NCBI RefSeq assembly: GCF_964355755.1
Contig: NC_092670.1
Location: 18,276,795-18,340,794, forward strand
Source: Antedon mediterranea
Lineage: Eukaryota; Animalia; Echinodermata
Length of the DNA stretch: 64,000 nt
Direction of reading: 5' to 3'
Below are positions 24,601 through 36,800 of the stretch, one piece after another (the stretch's first letter is position 1; each line of letters starts with the position of its first letter). A program made the translations under genes and the position numbers. The notes beneath the pieces were generated by a model, which was not told the origin of the DNA, searched no databases, and saw only the letters and a program-made list of their open reading frames with translations.

Positions 24601-27600
24601 AATACGGTTGTGATATGACATCATTACGTCCATATATGGGCACATCAGATTTTTTTGTCACATAAAGTTTGATAGTGTAGACAGAGATTTATGATAGAAT
24701 GAGACATACATTTGAAGAGTATTGTTAGATTATGAAGCAAGAGAAAAGAATTCTGAAATACCTTGGTGTCTGGTGTCTAAATTGAGGTGACGGCTGTCTG
24801 TAATTTTGACCGGGCCCTTGAGGTGGGCCTGGGAACCTTGGTCTTGTTTGGCCTAGGTTCATTCCAGGTTGATTTAGTAAATGTGGTCTATGCTGGTTTG
24901 AATGTTGGTGTTGCTGCTGGTGCATGGGTGGAGTGGTGAACCTAGGCTGTTGTTGCTGTGGCCGGTAGTTTGGTTGTTGTTGGGGTGTATGAAACTCTGC
25001 CCTGGGTCTATGCTGTTGATTTGGGATTGGTGGTCGCATCTGGTGTGGTTGCTATTGTGTATTAAGATCAAAACAATATTTGCAATCATTTAAAAACTAA
25101 TCGATGCACTGATTATGTTTAAATAACATAACGGTATAAAACTTGTTTTAAATAATGTGTACACTGGACCTACGGTATATAATCCTTATCCGAGCAGACT
25201 TGTTCTACCACTAGAACTATGGAGTGAGTGTGAGCCTTGAACCATTGCCAATGTTATGGCTACATTCTTACGGCTACACTGTCTTAACCGCTCGGCCATT
25301 CACTCAAGTATGAATTTAACGGTTTGATATTTATTATCAGGAATTAATAAAAATCAAACTTCCCTCTAATTATTTGGCGTACATTTTATACTATGTTGTA
25401 ATGATTTATTTATTCATAGAGTAAACACAGGCTGAAATTACGTTACAGCGCTGATTGAACAAGGATATCAACATCATAAAATAATTTAAAAAACAGAAAG
25501 GTGTAGGAGAAAGTATCCTACCTGCATTCTAGGTTGAAATGAATTCTGCTGCGGCATCTGATTGTCTGGTACCCTCTGTGAAGGGGGACTAAAATGATGT
25601 GAAGGGGCATTGAAATTATGTGAAGAGGAGACTGCTGGTTGGTGGTCTCTGTAATGTTGTTGCCCTAAAGTAATAATTGAAAAAATTCAATTTGTATAAA
25701 GAGAATGTATTTTTTCAGGAAATCATATTATCAAGAATTAATTTATAAAACTGTACTGTATTGTGATATGATTGGTTCTTAAGTAAATACTTCAGATTAT
25801 TATTTTTATATATTAAATACTACTTTTAAGCAAATATATGGCAGCCATTTTAGGAAGTACCTGGCTTTTCCACATCATTTTGTTGCCTAGTTGGCTCTCT
25901 AGTACTTTAATAGTATATGTAGGATAGATTTATAAGACAACATAATATTTAATCATGTAAAAATAAGAATTGTAAGATTCAATAAAGGCTAACCTTGTTG
26001 AGGGTTTGTCCATGTTTGTGATGGGGTCAGCCTTGGAGCTTGGGTCCATGATGATACGGGCGATTCTTGCTGTCTATTAATATAATTTTCAGGTGCTCTG
26101 TTCTGATTCTGAAAAAAAAAACACAACAAAGTTATAAACTGGAAGTAAGAAATGCAAATTAAAACATAAATCAATATACAACAAACCCATACAGTTGTCA
26201 TAAACAAAATATGATATCAAATTTTACTTACTGGTAACCCAGGGACATTTGTAGTTGATGATGTCACAATGCCAGGAACTTGCTGATTTTGGTTATTCCA
26301 AGTTTGACCTGTAGAAAAGGAAAAATATTTGTCAACAATAAGGATGAATTTGGGCTCACTTGTCTAGGTTAAATCTAGCCTTTGTGCATGGGTTTGAGTC
26401 TTGCTGTTACATGCTAATAATCTGCTGTGGCGGCAAATCCGGTGCGGATGCAGCAGAACGGATCATATTTTTACTACACACCTGGTGCTGCTGACATGAG
26501 TCTTACTATAGAAGAACTTTGGAATATCAAAAGTATTTGGTACAATTATGAGAGCAGCTTAAAGAGAGCTATAAAAGTGATAACATACCTTGTGATGATA
26601 CTTGTACTGTTCCTTTAAAGTGAGGATTAATGTGAATCTTGTTAGGCTGCTGATTAGGCTCAGATTTATGAACAACAGCACTCATTGACGATGATGGTGG
26701 GTGCATTGGTAGACGCTGGTGGGGGGTAGGTTGCCTTGGTGGGGTTTGAATCAGAGGTGGGTTTTGCATCAATGGCGGCCTTGGCTGATGCATCTGTGGT
26801 CTTATATGGCGTTGTTCCTGCTGGTCAAACATCGTAGGGTTCATTCCCATAGGAACGCCCTGTGGTCCAATCTGTGGGCCACCCTGTGGTAGGTTCCGTC
26901 GTCTATCGTGATTAAGAATCGGTCTACACGGAAATCTCATGCGAGAAAGATTTCCAATATTGTCACCACCAGGACCACAAGTTTGGAAATTGTCACAACG
27001 ACCTCCACGTTGCGAGAAGCCACCACGCTGTTGGTTCCCACGCTGATGCCCATAACCACCACGGCCTCCTCGCCGGTTGCGCTTTGATTGTTTCTCTTCT
27101 TCTTTCTTTCGATTGAATTCATCTAGCTTTTCCTTTGCTTCTTGACTTAACTCTGAAAACAATAAAAAAAAATAAATAAAGTTAAAACAAAATGTCTTTA
27201 ATAGCTTAATTTTGAAACCTGAATAATAAAAATGTTCAAATTCTCAAATATACCTAATGTTTCTGGAATATCTCGTTTACTGCGAACAGATGGTTTTACT
27301 GCAACAGATGGCTGACGCTCCGACTTAAATCGTCCCCTACCAGATTCTTCTTTCTCATCCTCTTCCTCCTCCTCACTTTCACTTGATTCACTTTTATTTG
27401 CGTCATCAATATTTTCTTCTACAGGTTCTTCTTGTGTATCTACTTTGACGTTGTCATCTTCAGCAAGTTCCTTAGAAAAAAATTTAATTATTGCACATTA
27501 TTTTTATTAAATATATAATGAGGCCAAAGATTTTTTTTTTTGCCTGAGCAAAGTATAAAAAAAGGGTGAGTTTGTTTAATTGTTTGAGGGAGCAACTCTC

Positions 27601-29176
27601 AACACAAAGTAAGACTAGCTATTTACAATAAACTTACCCGAGTTTTTTCTTGAATCGGTTCTTCATATCGTTCTTGCGTTTCTTTTTCTGGTTCGCCTTT
27701 AAAATTACTCTCTGTCGTTGCGTCCAAATCCTCATCAAAGTCATCGAAAGCTTCATTAGTAATATCAATATCTAATACATCTTCTGTTCCTGAACCATTT
27801 ACAACTGAGTCAAACGTCTTATCAGCCAATTGGCTTGGCACTGTGTGATCCTTTGATGAGTCCAAAAAATCATCCACTTCCGTTTCATCATCATCATCAT
27901 TGTTAAATTTCCCTACATTGCTAATGAACTCTTCCTCTTCAGTATTTGTAAGACTGTCAATGTGGTCTGTTCCATTTCCATCTAAGGGTAGTTCATCATT
28001 GGTTGTAGTTGTATCGTCATTCCAGGCATTGTCTTCACTATCACTGAGACCTAATAGTGCTGCTTCATCTAACTCATCATCAGATTGATCTCCTTTGGTC
28101 TGGTAAAAATAATCATATATATTATTTTAATTTTCTTTTTACAGCCATTTGTCTATTTCGATACCTTTCGGGGACTAATATTGGTGAAGAGGACAAGAAT
28201 TTTTTGCCAAATTTACAGAACAAGAAAATCAAATCGAGAAAATAAAAGGTGGGAAAATTGGTGGGAAAATTGGCTGGAATTTAGGACCTCAAAAAATGGT
28301 AGTACAGTATACAATACTATAGTACTTTCAGGTAGTCAACTGTTTTGTTAAACTTTAGGCTGGGTAGAGGGCCTCAAAATAAGCTTTAGGGTCAGTAAAC
28401 GACCGACCTTGAAGGTAGAAAACATTTAAGGAAATGCCTGATTCCTTTAATTACAAGTTCAACATTGTCAATGTCAATGTTTTAAGAAAGGACGAAATTA
28501 TAGTTTCACGGTCCATTGTCAATATTCTTTTTTTTCACTATTTTTTTAACGTAGATGTGTAATTACTAATAAAAAAAAAACATGAATATAAAGTACAAAA
28601 TAATTGTTAATAATCTCAATAAAAGAAATCATTGTGTAAGTATCTATCGCCAGCAATACCTTTTTAATTAGTAAATCATCTTGGAGGAGCTCATCGTCGC
28701 TGTCCCATGAATTAAAATTTCTCTTTCGACTTCTCCTTCGTGGATCAGAATCATCTACGATGAGAAAAAGCACAAATTAATAATTTTTATAAAGATTAAA
28801 AAATTCAATTTTCAAGCTATTTTCTCCATTTTAAATTTATTCCTCGTAACCCAACTAGGCCTAGGCCTAGCCTAGCCTAGGCCCTAGCTAGGAGTATAAG
28901 TAGGTAGCTATGTATATTTATATAGGCCCTAGGAGCAACCAAATAGTTTATATGATACCAGACCTCGGCTACACAATGAAAATATAGGCCAAGTACTAGC
29001 TAGCAGTTAAAGGCTAGGCCCTTTATGCAGGTATTTAGGCCTAACAATAGACTGGACTAGATAGACAGGACAGCAGGAGGAGAGGGTACAATGTGAAGCA
29101 CGCGAACACAAAGCTGGCCTAGAAATTACACACAATTATGAAGATATAACTGGGGCTTACCATCAATTTCCGTCAT
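21601..29176 (-). CDS. RBM33: RNA-binding protein 33 (Pro/Gln-rich, coiled coil, C-terminal RRM), 15 exons, ~1223 aa
   Basis: Exons: 29176-29161, 28754-28660, 28099-27638, 27470-27254, 27152-26589, 26308-26232, 26108-25994, 25664-25522, 25051-24762, 24463-24289, 24014-23427, 23294-23196, 23059-22370, 22058-21970, 21652-21601. All GT-AG and phase-consistent (3672 nt). Motifs I recognise from RBM33: WDSDDELLQDDLL, GRFKSER...IPETLELSQEAK, IHINPHFKGTV, IEEQKKLREEIMKRKEERRQQ, and the terminal RRM VLIEGLSAST...QRKAFVTF...HMVDLSMINVSL. Confidence 0.92.
22219..22320. mobile_element. Harbinger-type MITE family A (RBM33 intron)
   Basis: Family core sequence and right TIR gtgtagacagagct. Confidence 0.85.
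24118..24242. mobile_element. Harbinger-type MITE family A (RBM33 intron)
   Basis: caaactagtttg...gtcacataaagtttgatagtgtagacagagct|taa. Confidence 0.85.
24542..24688. mobile_element. Harbinger-type MITE family A, full length
   Basis: tta|agctctgtctacactatcaaa ... tttgatagtgtagacagagat|tta: ~21-bp TIR with TTA TSD (TWA is typical of PIF/Harbinger). Confidence 0.9.
25156..25305 (-). mobile_element. tRNA-derived SINE, 5' fragment
   Basis: Reverse complement matches the head of the 33274-33595 element (gagtgaatggccgagcggttaagacagtg...ggttcaaggctcac...gataaggattatataccgtaggtcc). Confidence 0.8.
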
Positions 29177-30626
29177 TTCTGTAATCTTCAACTTTATTTT
29201 AGTGATTTTCAGCATCCATATCTGTTCAATTATATCAATTTATTAACTTAAATACGGATTATTTTTCAACAAAAACAAACCAGCAGAGATACGCGAGTTT
29301 TCGAGGTACTTACCGAGATTAAAATGCGCCACCAATAGGCCAGACTTTTTTTTCAATTTTTTTGTATTGGCGTTTTTTTAAAAACTTCATATTTTTGCGA
29401 CTCAATTTTATGTTTATCTAATTTCATTAATTTGAAAAAAAAAAAAATTTTCGTAATATGAAATTTAAGGAAACAAAAAAGAGTAGGCCTATAATATAAG
29501 TATGTCTTTACAACCATAAAATTGTGTCCTAATAATAATAAAAACAAACACAAAAATAAATTTGAGAACAGTAGTAGTTTCAAAGATGTACAGTTTAATT
29601 TTTTTTTCAATATTCTTTTCAAAATCAAATACATTGTAAAACAGACAATAATTATATTGTTGAGACCTGAAATAGTTACTTTGTTATGTATGCAACAAAT
29701 AAACCCAGTTTAAAGTAGTATTCGAGTGAACATGGCCACATAGATGGCTGCAGCCGCTTGCTCAAGTTAGTGTTTATAACGAACGACCGACCAACCGCAC
29801 ATAATGCATAATTTACATATTAAAATGTACATTCAATTACATTCAATATGTGGGCTTGTAAATGAAGGACTAGAAAATAAAATTCCCAAATAAAATATTT
29901 AACTCAAGTAAAACAAAGTAATAAATTAAAAATAAATATTCTTGAGGAATATAAATAAAATATAAAAATCATAAAAATGTAACAAACATACTTAAATGTA
30001 AAATAAATAGTAAGAAACTGATGTGTATATTTAACCCTTTCAGTGCTTATACTAAGCATTAATATTACAATACAAAAAATATAAAATTATTATCACAGTA
30101 CTGGACTGCTAGAAATTATAATTTAAATTATATTCTTTAAACATATTTATGCAAATATTTTGCACATTCTTGATCAGCTGGTTATTTATGTTTGTCCATA
30201 ATTATATATTATAAAAAAATTATCTGTCCAATTTTTGAATTTTAAAAATAATTTTTGAAAAACAAATTAAAAAATCATAAGTTGCCATCATAATAAGATA
30301 CTGTATAAGTAAATCATTGTCATTTAATTGAATATAACAAGAATGAACATGCATAGAACAAATTTGCACTGAGATATGCACTCTTGATGTCTCATGGGTT
30401 CAATGGAGTATTTATTGAATACCATGTGACCCACAATCATCCAATCAAATGACAAGGATCTATCATAACATATTTAGGTATGTAACTAGGTTAAATATGT
30501 AACATTATTAGTATCTTGTCAGTTTATTAAATATGTTTGTATAATTATTGGTCCTGTTTTTTTGGGTCCTAATAACTGTGATTTTTTTATGCAACTATAC
30601 AATGTATTTCTACAACTTGGTCTTAA

Positions 30627-30777
30627 AACTCTGTCTACACAATCAATCTTTATGTGAAAACAAAATGTGATGTGCCCATTTATGGACATGATGATGTCAT
30701 ACCACTGCCATATTTGGGCATAACACTACCATATTTGGGCACATCACACTTTTTGACAGTGTACTGTAGACAAGGCT
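30627..30777. mobile_element. Harbinger-type MITE family A in PHGDH 3'UTR
   Basis: taa|aactctgtctacac ... gtagacaaggct|taa; 35 bp downstream of the PHGDH stop. Confidence 0.88.
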
Positions 30778-30811
30778 TAAGATGGCATCACATCATTTCA
30801 TATGTTAACTG

Positions 30812-33800
30812 TTAGAGCGAGAGTTGTGTTGTAAAAGTTGTTTGTCCATTCAGGCTCTCTGGGTTTGGTAAGGGCGAGACAAGCTGTAAATAACCCCATG
30901 ATCCATCAGTCCTACCACAGGTTGATGTAAATGACAGGATTTGATTGGCTCCTGCACCTGAAAATAATAATAATAATGTTCAATTTATATAGCGTAATAT
31001 GCAGGGCGCCTCTAAGCGCTGAACAATCAACAGAAAAAAAGCACAGAATTAATTAAATGTATAAAAATAAATAACAGAATTAAAATAAACCAATTTTTAT
31101 TTAATTGAATGGTTAATACCATTTGGAATAACCAGGAGTAATAGGCTATAATTCTAAATATTGAAATTGTTCGTAAACTTTTTCAACAAAGAATTATGTA
31201 TTAATATTCATCCTTTTTTTAAAAAAACCATGCTTTTCAAGAAGTTAACTGTAAATAACACACTAGATTTGTTTTAATTATTAATACATTTTTATCATTT
31301 TATTTTCGACAAGTAAAATGTTGTTTAAATATTGTTTCATGTATATCCTCACTTCAATTGAATACAAGACTGAAGCTCTGTCTACACTATCAAACTAGTT
31401 TGACCAAAAAAGTGTGATGTGCCTAAATATGGTAGTGATATGTCAAAATATGGTAGTGATATGACATCATCATGTCCATATATGGGCACATAGCATTTTT
31501 TTGTCACATAAAGTTTGATATTGTAGACACAGCTTCAGTCAAGTTTAGAGGGTGAGCTTATAACAGAGGACCAAAATGGTTTGTTTTTTTAAGGTGTAAT
31601 TTGTTCAGTTAGAAGTTAGTTTACTTACCAGCTAAAGAAGCCAGGACCTCAGCTGGAGCTGCTTGTGTCTTGTACAGTAACAAATGCCCAGCAAGCACAG
31701 CAGGGCCTTGGAATGTTGACCCATCAATCTCACATAATACTGGTGATGTTCCCATAACAGTGCCACTCAGCTTACAACTGATTGCACCTGCGGTTGCGAC
31801 TACTGACACAGCGTTTGACAGGTTTGATGGCGCTAACTCGATGTGCTCCGTAACTGCCTATAAATATTTGTTGAAATATAAAAATAAATGAGTGTTTAAA
31901 AAAATAATAATATGTAACGCTCTGTTTACACTATCAAACTAGTTTGACAAAAAAAGTGTGATGTGCCCAAATAAGGTAGCGATATATGCAAATATGGTAG
32001 TGATATGACATTATCATGTCCATATATGGGCACATTTTTTTGTCACTTAAAGTTTGACAGAGCTTAAGAATATTATGTTATGTCTGAACTTTCCAACAAA
32101 CAATACAGGTACAAGTAATGGAACCGTAAAGTACTCCCTTAATAGGGGTGTTCCCAGTGTATGTAGACATTCCCCATTGTTTGTCTTACATTACAGTGAC
32201 TCCTTAATATGAAAGATTTTACTGTATAACAAATATAATAAAAGCAGCCAGGAAAAGATAAACAAAATAGGTATTTATCTAACTACAACAAAAACTCCAC
32301 ACAGATAGTCACGCATTAATCAGGGTTATTCCTTCTCATTTATTTAGTCAATGGCTTTACTTTACAATAAAATTTAATGAAAAAAAACAAAAAGATCGAC
32401 GTTTCGGAACCATCATGGAACCATTTTCAAGATCAAGTGATCGAATTATACAGGCCTTCTTTGATGTTAATTAACCAATTAATTAGTATTTCCTTTCACC
32501 CATTGGTGTTTTTGTATTAATTTGTAATGGCTTTCTTGCCAGGTTTAAGATCTACTAACCTGTAGGCCTATTTCTTTAGCAAGCACAGGGGCATTAACTA
32601 AGTTAACTTTGCTTGATGACTTAGATTTTACCATTCCTGATAACACTGCGGCTGATAAGTATTTCCCAGCATCCTTCAGGTTGTCACCTATCAAGGCAAT
32701 AAAGGTCAACAAGTGTAAAGCTCTGTCTACACTATCACACTTGATGTGATATGCCCATATATGGACATGATGATGTCATATCACTACCATATTGGGGCAT
32801 ATGACTATCATGGACACATCACACACTAGTTTGATGGTGTAGACAGAGTTTAAGAATAGTGAGCCAAATATTTTAAGACCTGAAAGTACATGCTTGTTAA
32901 AAATATGATTTGACCTTTGACATTACAGGGTCAAGAAATTAATTTGATATGAGACTATAAAACAAACTCTGGATAAAGTGAGGAAAGCTATTGTGATTCA
33001 ATATTTTGATGGCATATAGTTACTATTGCTTACCGTAAGTTATGATTTGCACTTTCGTATCTGCCTTCACAGATCCAACAATGGATGTTGCCAATAAGCC
33101 CAGGGCTTGTCCTAGGTTAACCAGAGGGCGTGTGTCTGGTTCTAAGGCATTACTTAGAGCCTGGGCATTAAGCTGTAGATAAAATGAACACACGAAATAT
33201 TTACAGTTAAATTAAGTAAATGAAATGTATAAGAGAGTAATTTATTAGAAAACAGAACAGTATGGGTGATAAAAGCGAGTGAGTGGCAGAGCGGTTAAGA
33301 CAGTGGAACCGTAGCCCTTAACATCAGCAAGGGTTCGAGGCTCACTCGCTCCATGGGTCTGGTGGTAGAACGAGAGTCTTTCCAGATAAGGACTATAAAC
33401 CGTAGGTCTAGTGTATACATCTAGCTCATGTGCACTTGCTGGACCTACACACCTGCCCCTAGTACCTCTTTCCAGATGAGTAGAGAGTTACCCCAGTGTA
33501 CTAGTACATCACAGCCACTGATCATAACTGGGCCCTCTGGGAGAACAGTCGTTAACTGAAGAGGTCACCCAGTATAAATAATAATAACAAACAAAGCGAT
33601 AACTGGTGATTAGGCCTATAACTAAATCTCTGCCTACACTTATCAAACTTTGTGACCAAAAAAATGTGATGTGCCCATATATGGACATGATGATGTCATA
33701 TCACTACCATATGTGAGCACATGATTTCACTTACAGCTCCAAATAGACTTTTACCATTTGAGGCATCTACAAACTGCTGGGCGATTTCTTCAGCGACCCT

Positions 33801-36800
33801 TATCTGCGCCTCTTTGGTGCTGGCACCAAGATGTGGTGTCAGGATCACATTGGGATGTTGGGTCAGAGAGGTCTTGGTAGGTGGTTCCTGAGGATGAAAA
33901 AAATTAAAACAAATTTGATAACATGTACCAATAATCATGACTGTTTTTCCATTTTGTTATTTATCTATCTATAATATTACACAAGGTGGGCAAATTAATA
34001 GTAATCAAAAAAACAAAAGAAAGTACTTGGCAAAATACGTCAGGGAAAACTATATTCGGCGAGAGAGGACTCACTACTTGATATTTCGTTCCATGTTACA
34101 GAATGCAGAGGGCGTGCTATTTAAGTCAGATTCTAATATAATATGCTTTTGTGACATGACCATATCAATTTTCTAGAAAACCAATAGGCATCTTCTGTAA
34201 GTATATACATATTTACACTGAAAAATTGAGAATGATAACTTCAAATTTGCAGCCGCTATCATGCTGATAAACAAAGCAAGTACTATACTATATAACCATA
34301 GGAGTTGGTACACACTAGAGTCTTTCTTATGTATTCAACTAAAGACGGGTTCACATATAAGCCATGACAAGTTACACTTTTTTTTTTTTTATTAATGAAA
34401 GAAACATATATGTTTGCACTTACCTCCACAAACACGTCAAGAGCAGCGCCCCCACACTGACCAGAATCTAATGCTCGTACAAGTGCATCTTCATCGTAGA
34501 TGCCACCTCGTGCTACGTTTAGAACGCGAACTCCTTTCTTACATTTAGCCAAGGACGCATCATTCAACATACCTAGTCAAGAAATTATGTTTTCACTATT
34601 AAAGATTTCTGATCTAAAATTCTGTTTACACTATCAAACTAGTTTCACAAAAAAGTGTGATATGCCAAAATATGGTAGTGATATAACATCATGTCCATAT
34701 ATGGGCACATCACATTTTGTTGTCACATAAAGTTTGATAGTGTAGACAGAGCTAACTGATATTTTTACTGCCCATTGCCCGTGTTAATTATACTCCAATT
34801 ATAGAGAAGAAGGGAACGGGGGTGGATAGAGTTAGTGGGTCCAGGATTTGTATTTATATTTAATATTTATAAAGAAAATGTACCTTTTGTTGGAGGAATA
34901 AGTGGAACATGAACTGTTATGTAATCTGCAACAGGCCAGATGTCTTCAACACTGAGCCACCTGACGTTGAACTCTGCGGCTTCCTCGGCAGACACCAGAG
35001 GATCAAATCCAATAGTCTGTAGTTAAAAAGAAAGAAATACAGAGTAGGGATCTAAGAAACATTGCTTTACATAAAACCTGACATGATACAAGTAACACAT
35101 CTTTAAAGTAATGAGTTCCCCTTTAGTTACGAAAACTATTGATTGGTACACAGATGTATTCAATTGAGAGCAATATAGATTATAGTGAACGATTATTATT
35201 TAATTAACTTTCAACATTACTCATGTATAATATACAATACAATGTGAAAAGGAGGCAAAATAATTTAAAGAGAATTATCAAAAATTATAATGCAAAGTAT
35301 GCACACATTAATAAATTACAAAATATTAAATGAAATACCTTCATGCCAAAAGACTGCATACGTGCTGCGACCTCGCGACCTATCCTTCCAAGACCGATGA
35401 TAGCCAAAGTTTTCCCGTACAACTCTGTTCCCATGTACTCCTTACGGTCCCATCTCCCTTCTCTCATCGACATGTGGGCTTGTGGTATATGTCTAGATTT
35501 ATAAATTCAAATTTTATTTTAAAGACTCCAACAATAACAGACACTCCAGGGTCTGACTTAATTCCACATTGTTTACACTGATTTGATGTGGACAAAAAGT
35601 GGCTGTGGCTCAAATGTTTACCTTTAATTTATTTAAGAATATTTTTGGTTAATCCATTAATTTGCATAATATTGTAAACTATTTCCATGGTTTAGCAAAC
35701 ATTGAAATAAACAGTAAGATTTGTAAAAAGTAGAATTTATGGCACATTAGACGAGCTGTAGCTTGCTTGCCTTCCAATCCCAAGGTCTAGGGTCCAATCA
35801 TGTCCTAGTGCTAGGGTTGTACTCTTTCTACTCCGTTCCCTAAGCCTTCAAAATGAGTCTTTAGTTTTATATTGTTTGAAGGTTTGCATGGGCGAATGAC
35901 GATATAGTTTCCTGTAAATGGCGATTGCTTGTTGAATGTGTATGAAATTTGATAAAAACCCAACTCACCTGGCAAGTGCGCATATTAATGCACAGGTGTG
36001 TTCCACCGCACTGATCGTGTTGCCACCAGGTGTACTAAAAATAAACAACAATAGTAAATAGTTATACAAATACAGACGGATTGCTACTTTTTAGAGGTTT
36101 TAAACTCTAAAATGTATTAATGTTGATAGAATTAATATTATACTAATGTAAAAAGGCAGGTCTTGCATTTAGCTCTCTCTGCAGCAGAATCTGTATACTG
36201 TAAGTAGGTAAAATAAGAATTTAAATATGGCATTTTTCACTTAAAAAAAAAAAATAATTTCACTTACAAAAAGACATGTTTATTTTAACCAAAAACCATT
36301 GTCTGACAGACAATTTAAGTTTTTTTTGCTTTAATTTTTCAGCTAAATAAGTTTTTTTTCGATCCAGTTTTTGGTCAAAGTGAATAACGGCATATTTAAA
36401 AAAAATGTGAAAAAAAAAAAAATTTTAGGGGGACAATAAATCTTTAAGTGTCTAACAATGTTCACAATTATTTTACCAGATTCAGTTAGGTAACCTTGTC
36501 TTGATTAAGGCTACATCTTTATCTGATTGATTGACATTTTTTCCAAGGCATATTGGTAAGTACACTGTACCATTTTAACAACAAGAAATTCTAAGAAGCT
36601 ATAAAAACATTATTCAACAAATTATTTAAAATCTCATAAATTAATCAGTAAAATTTGTTTTATTTGATAGGGTAATTAAACTTATGTAAGAAATATGTTT
36701 AAATATGATAAGAGTTTTTAACAATGTAAATACAGTACATAGTAGTAGTAAGTACTCGTAGGATCAAAGTATTAGGGACATATGGATGATGCAATAACAA

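Noticed and set aside
22493-25093. Plus-strand Val/Leu-rich ORFs that look like membrane proteins
   Set aside because: Antisense shadows of Gln/Pro-rich RBM33 exons.
29732-29752. CTCF-like site between PHGDH and RBM33 (ggccacatagatggc)
   Set aside because: Needs a 1-nt insertion to fit the core consensus; too weak without a PWM scan.
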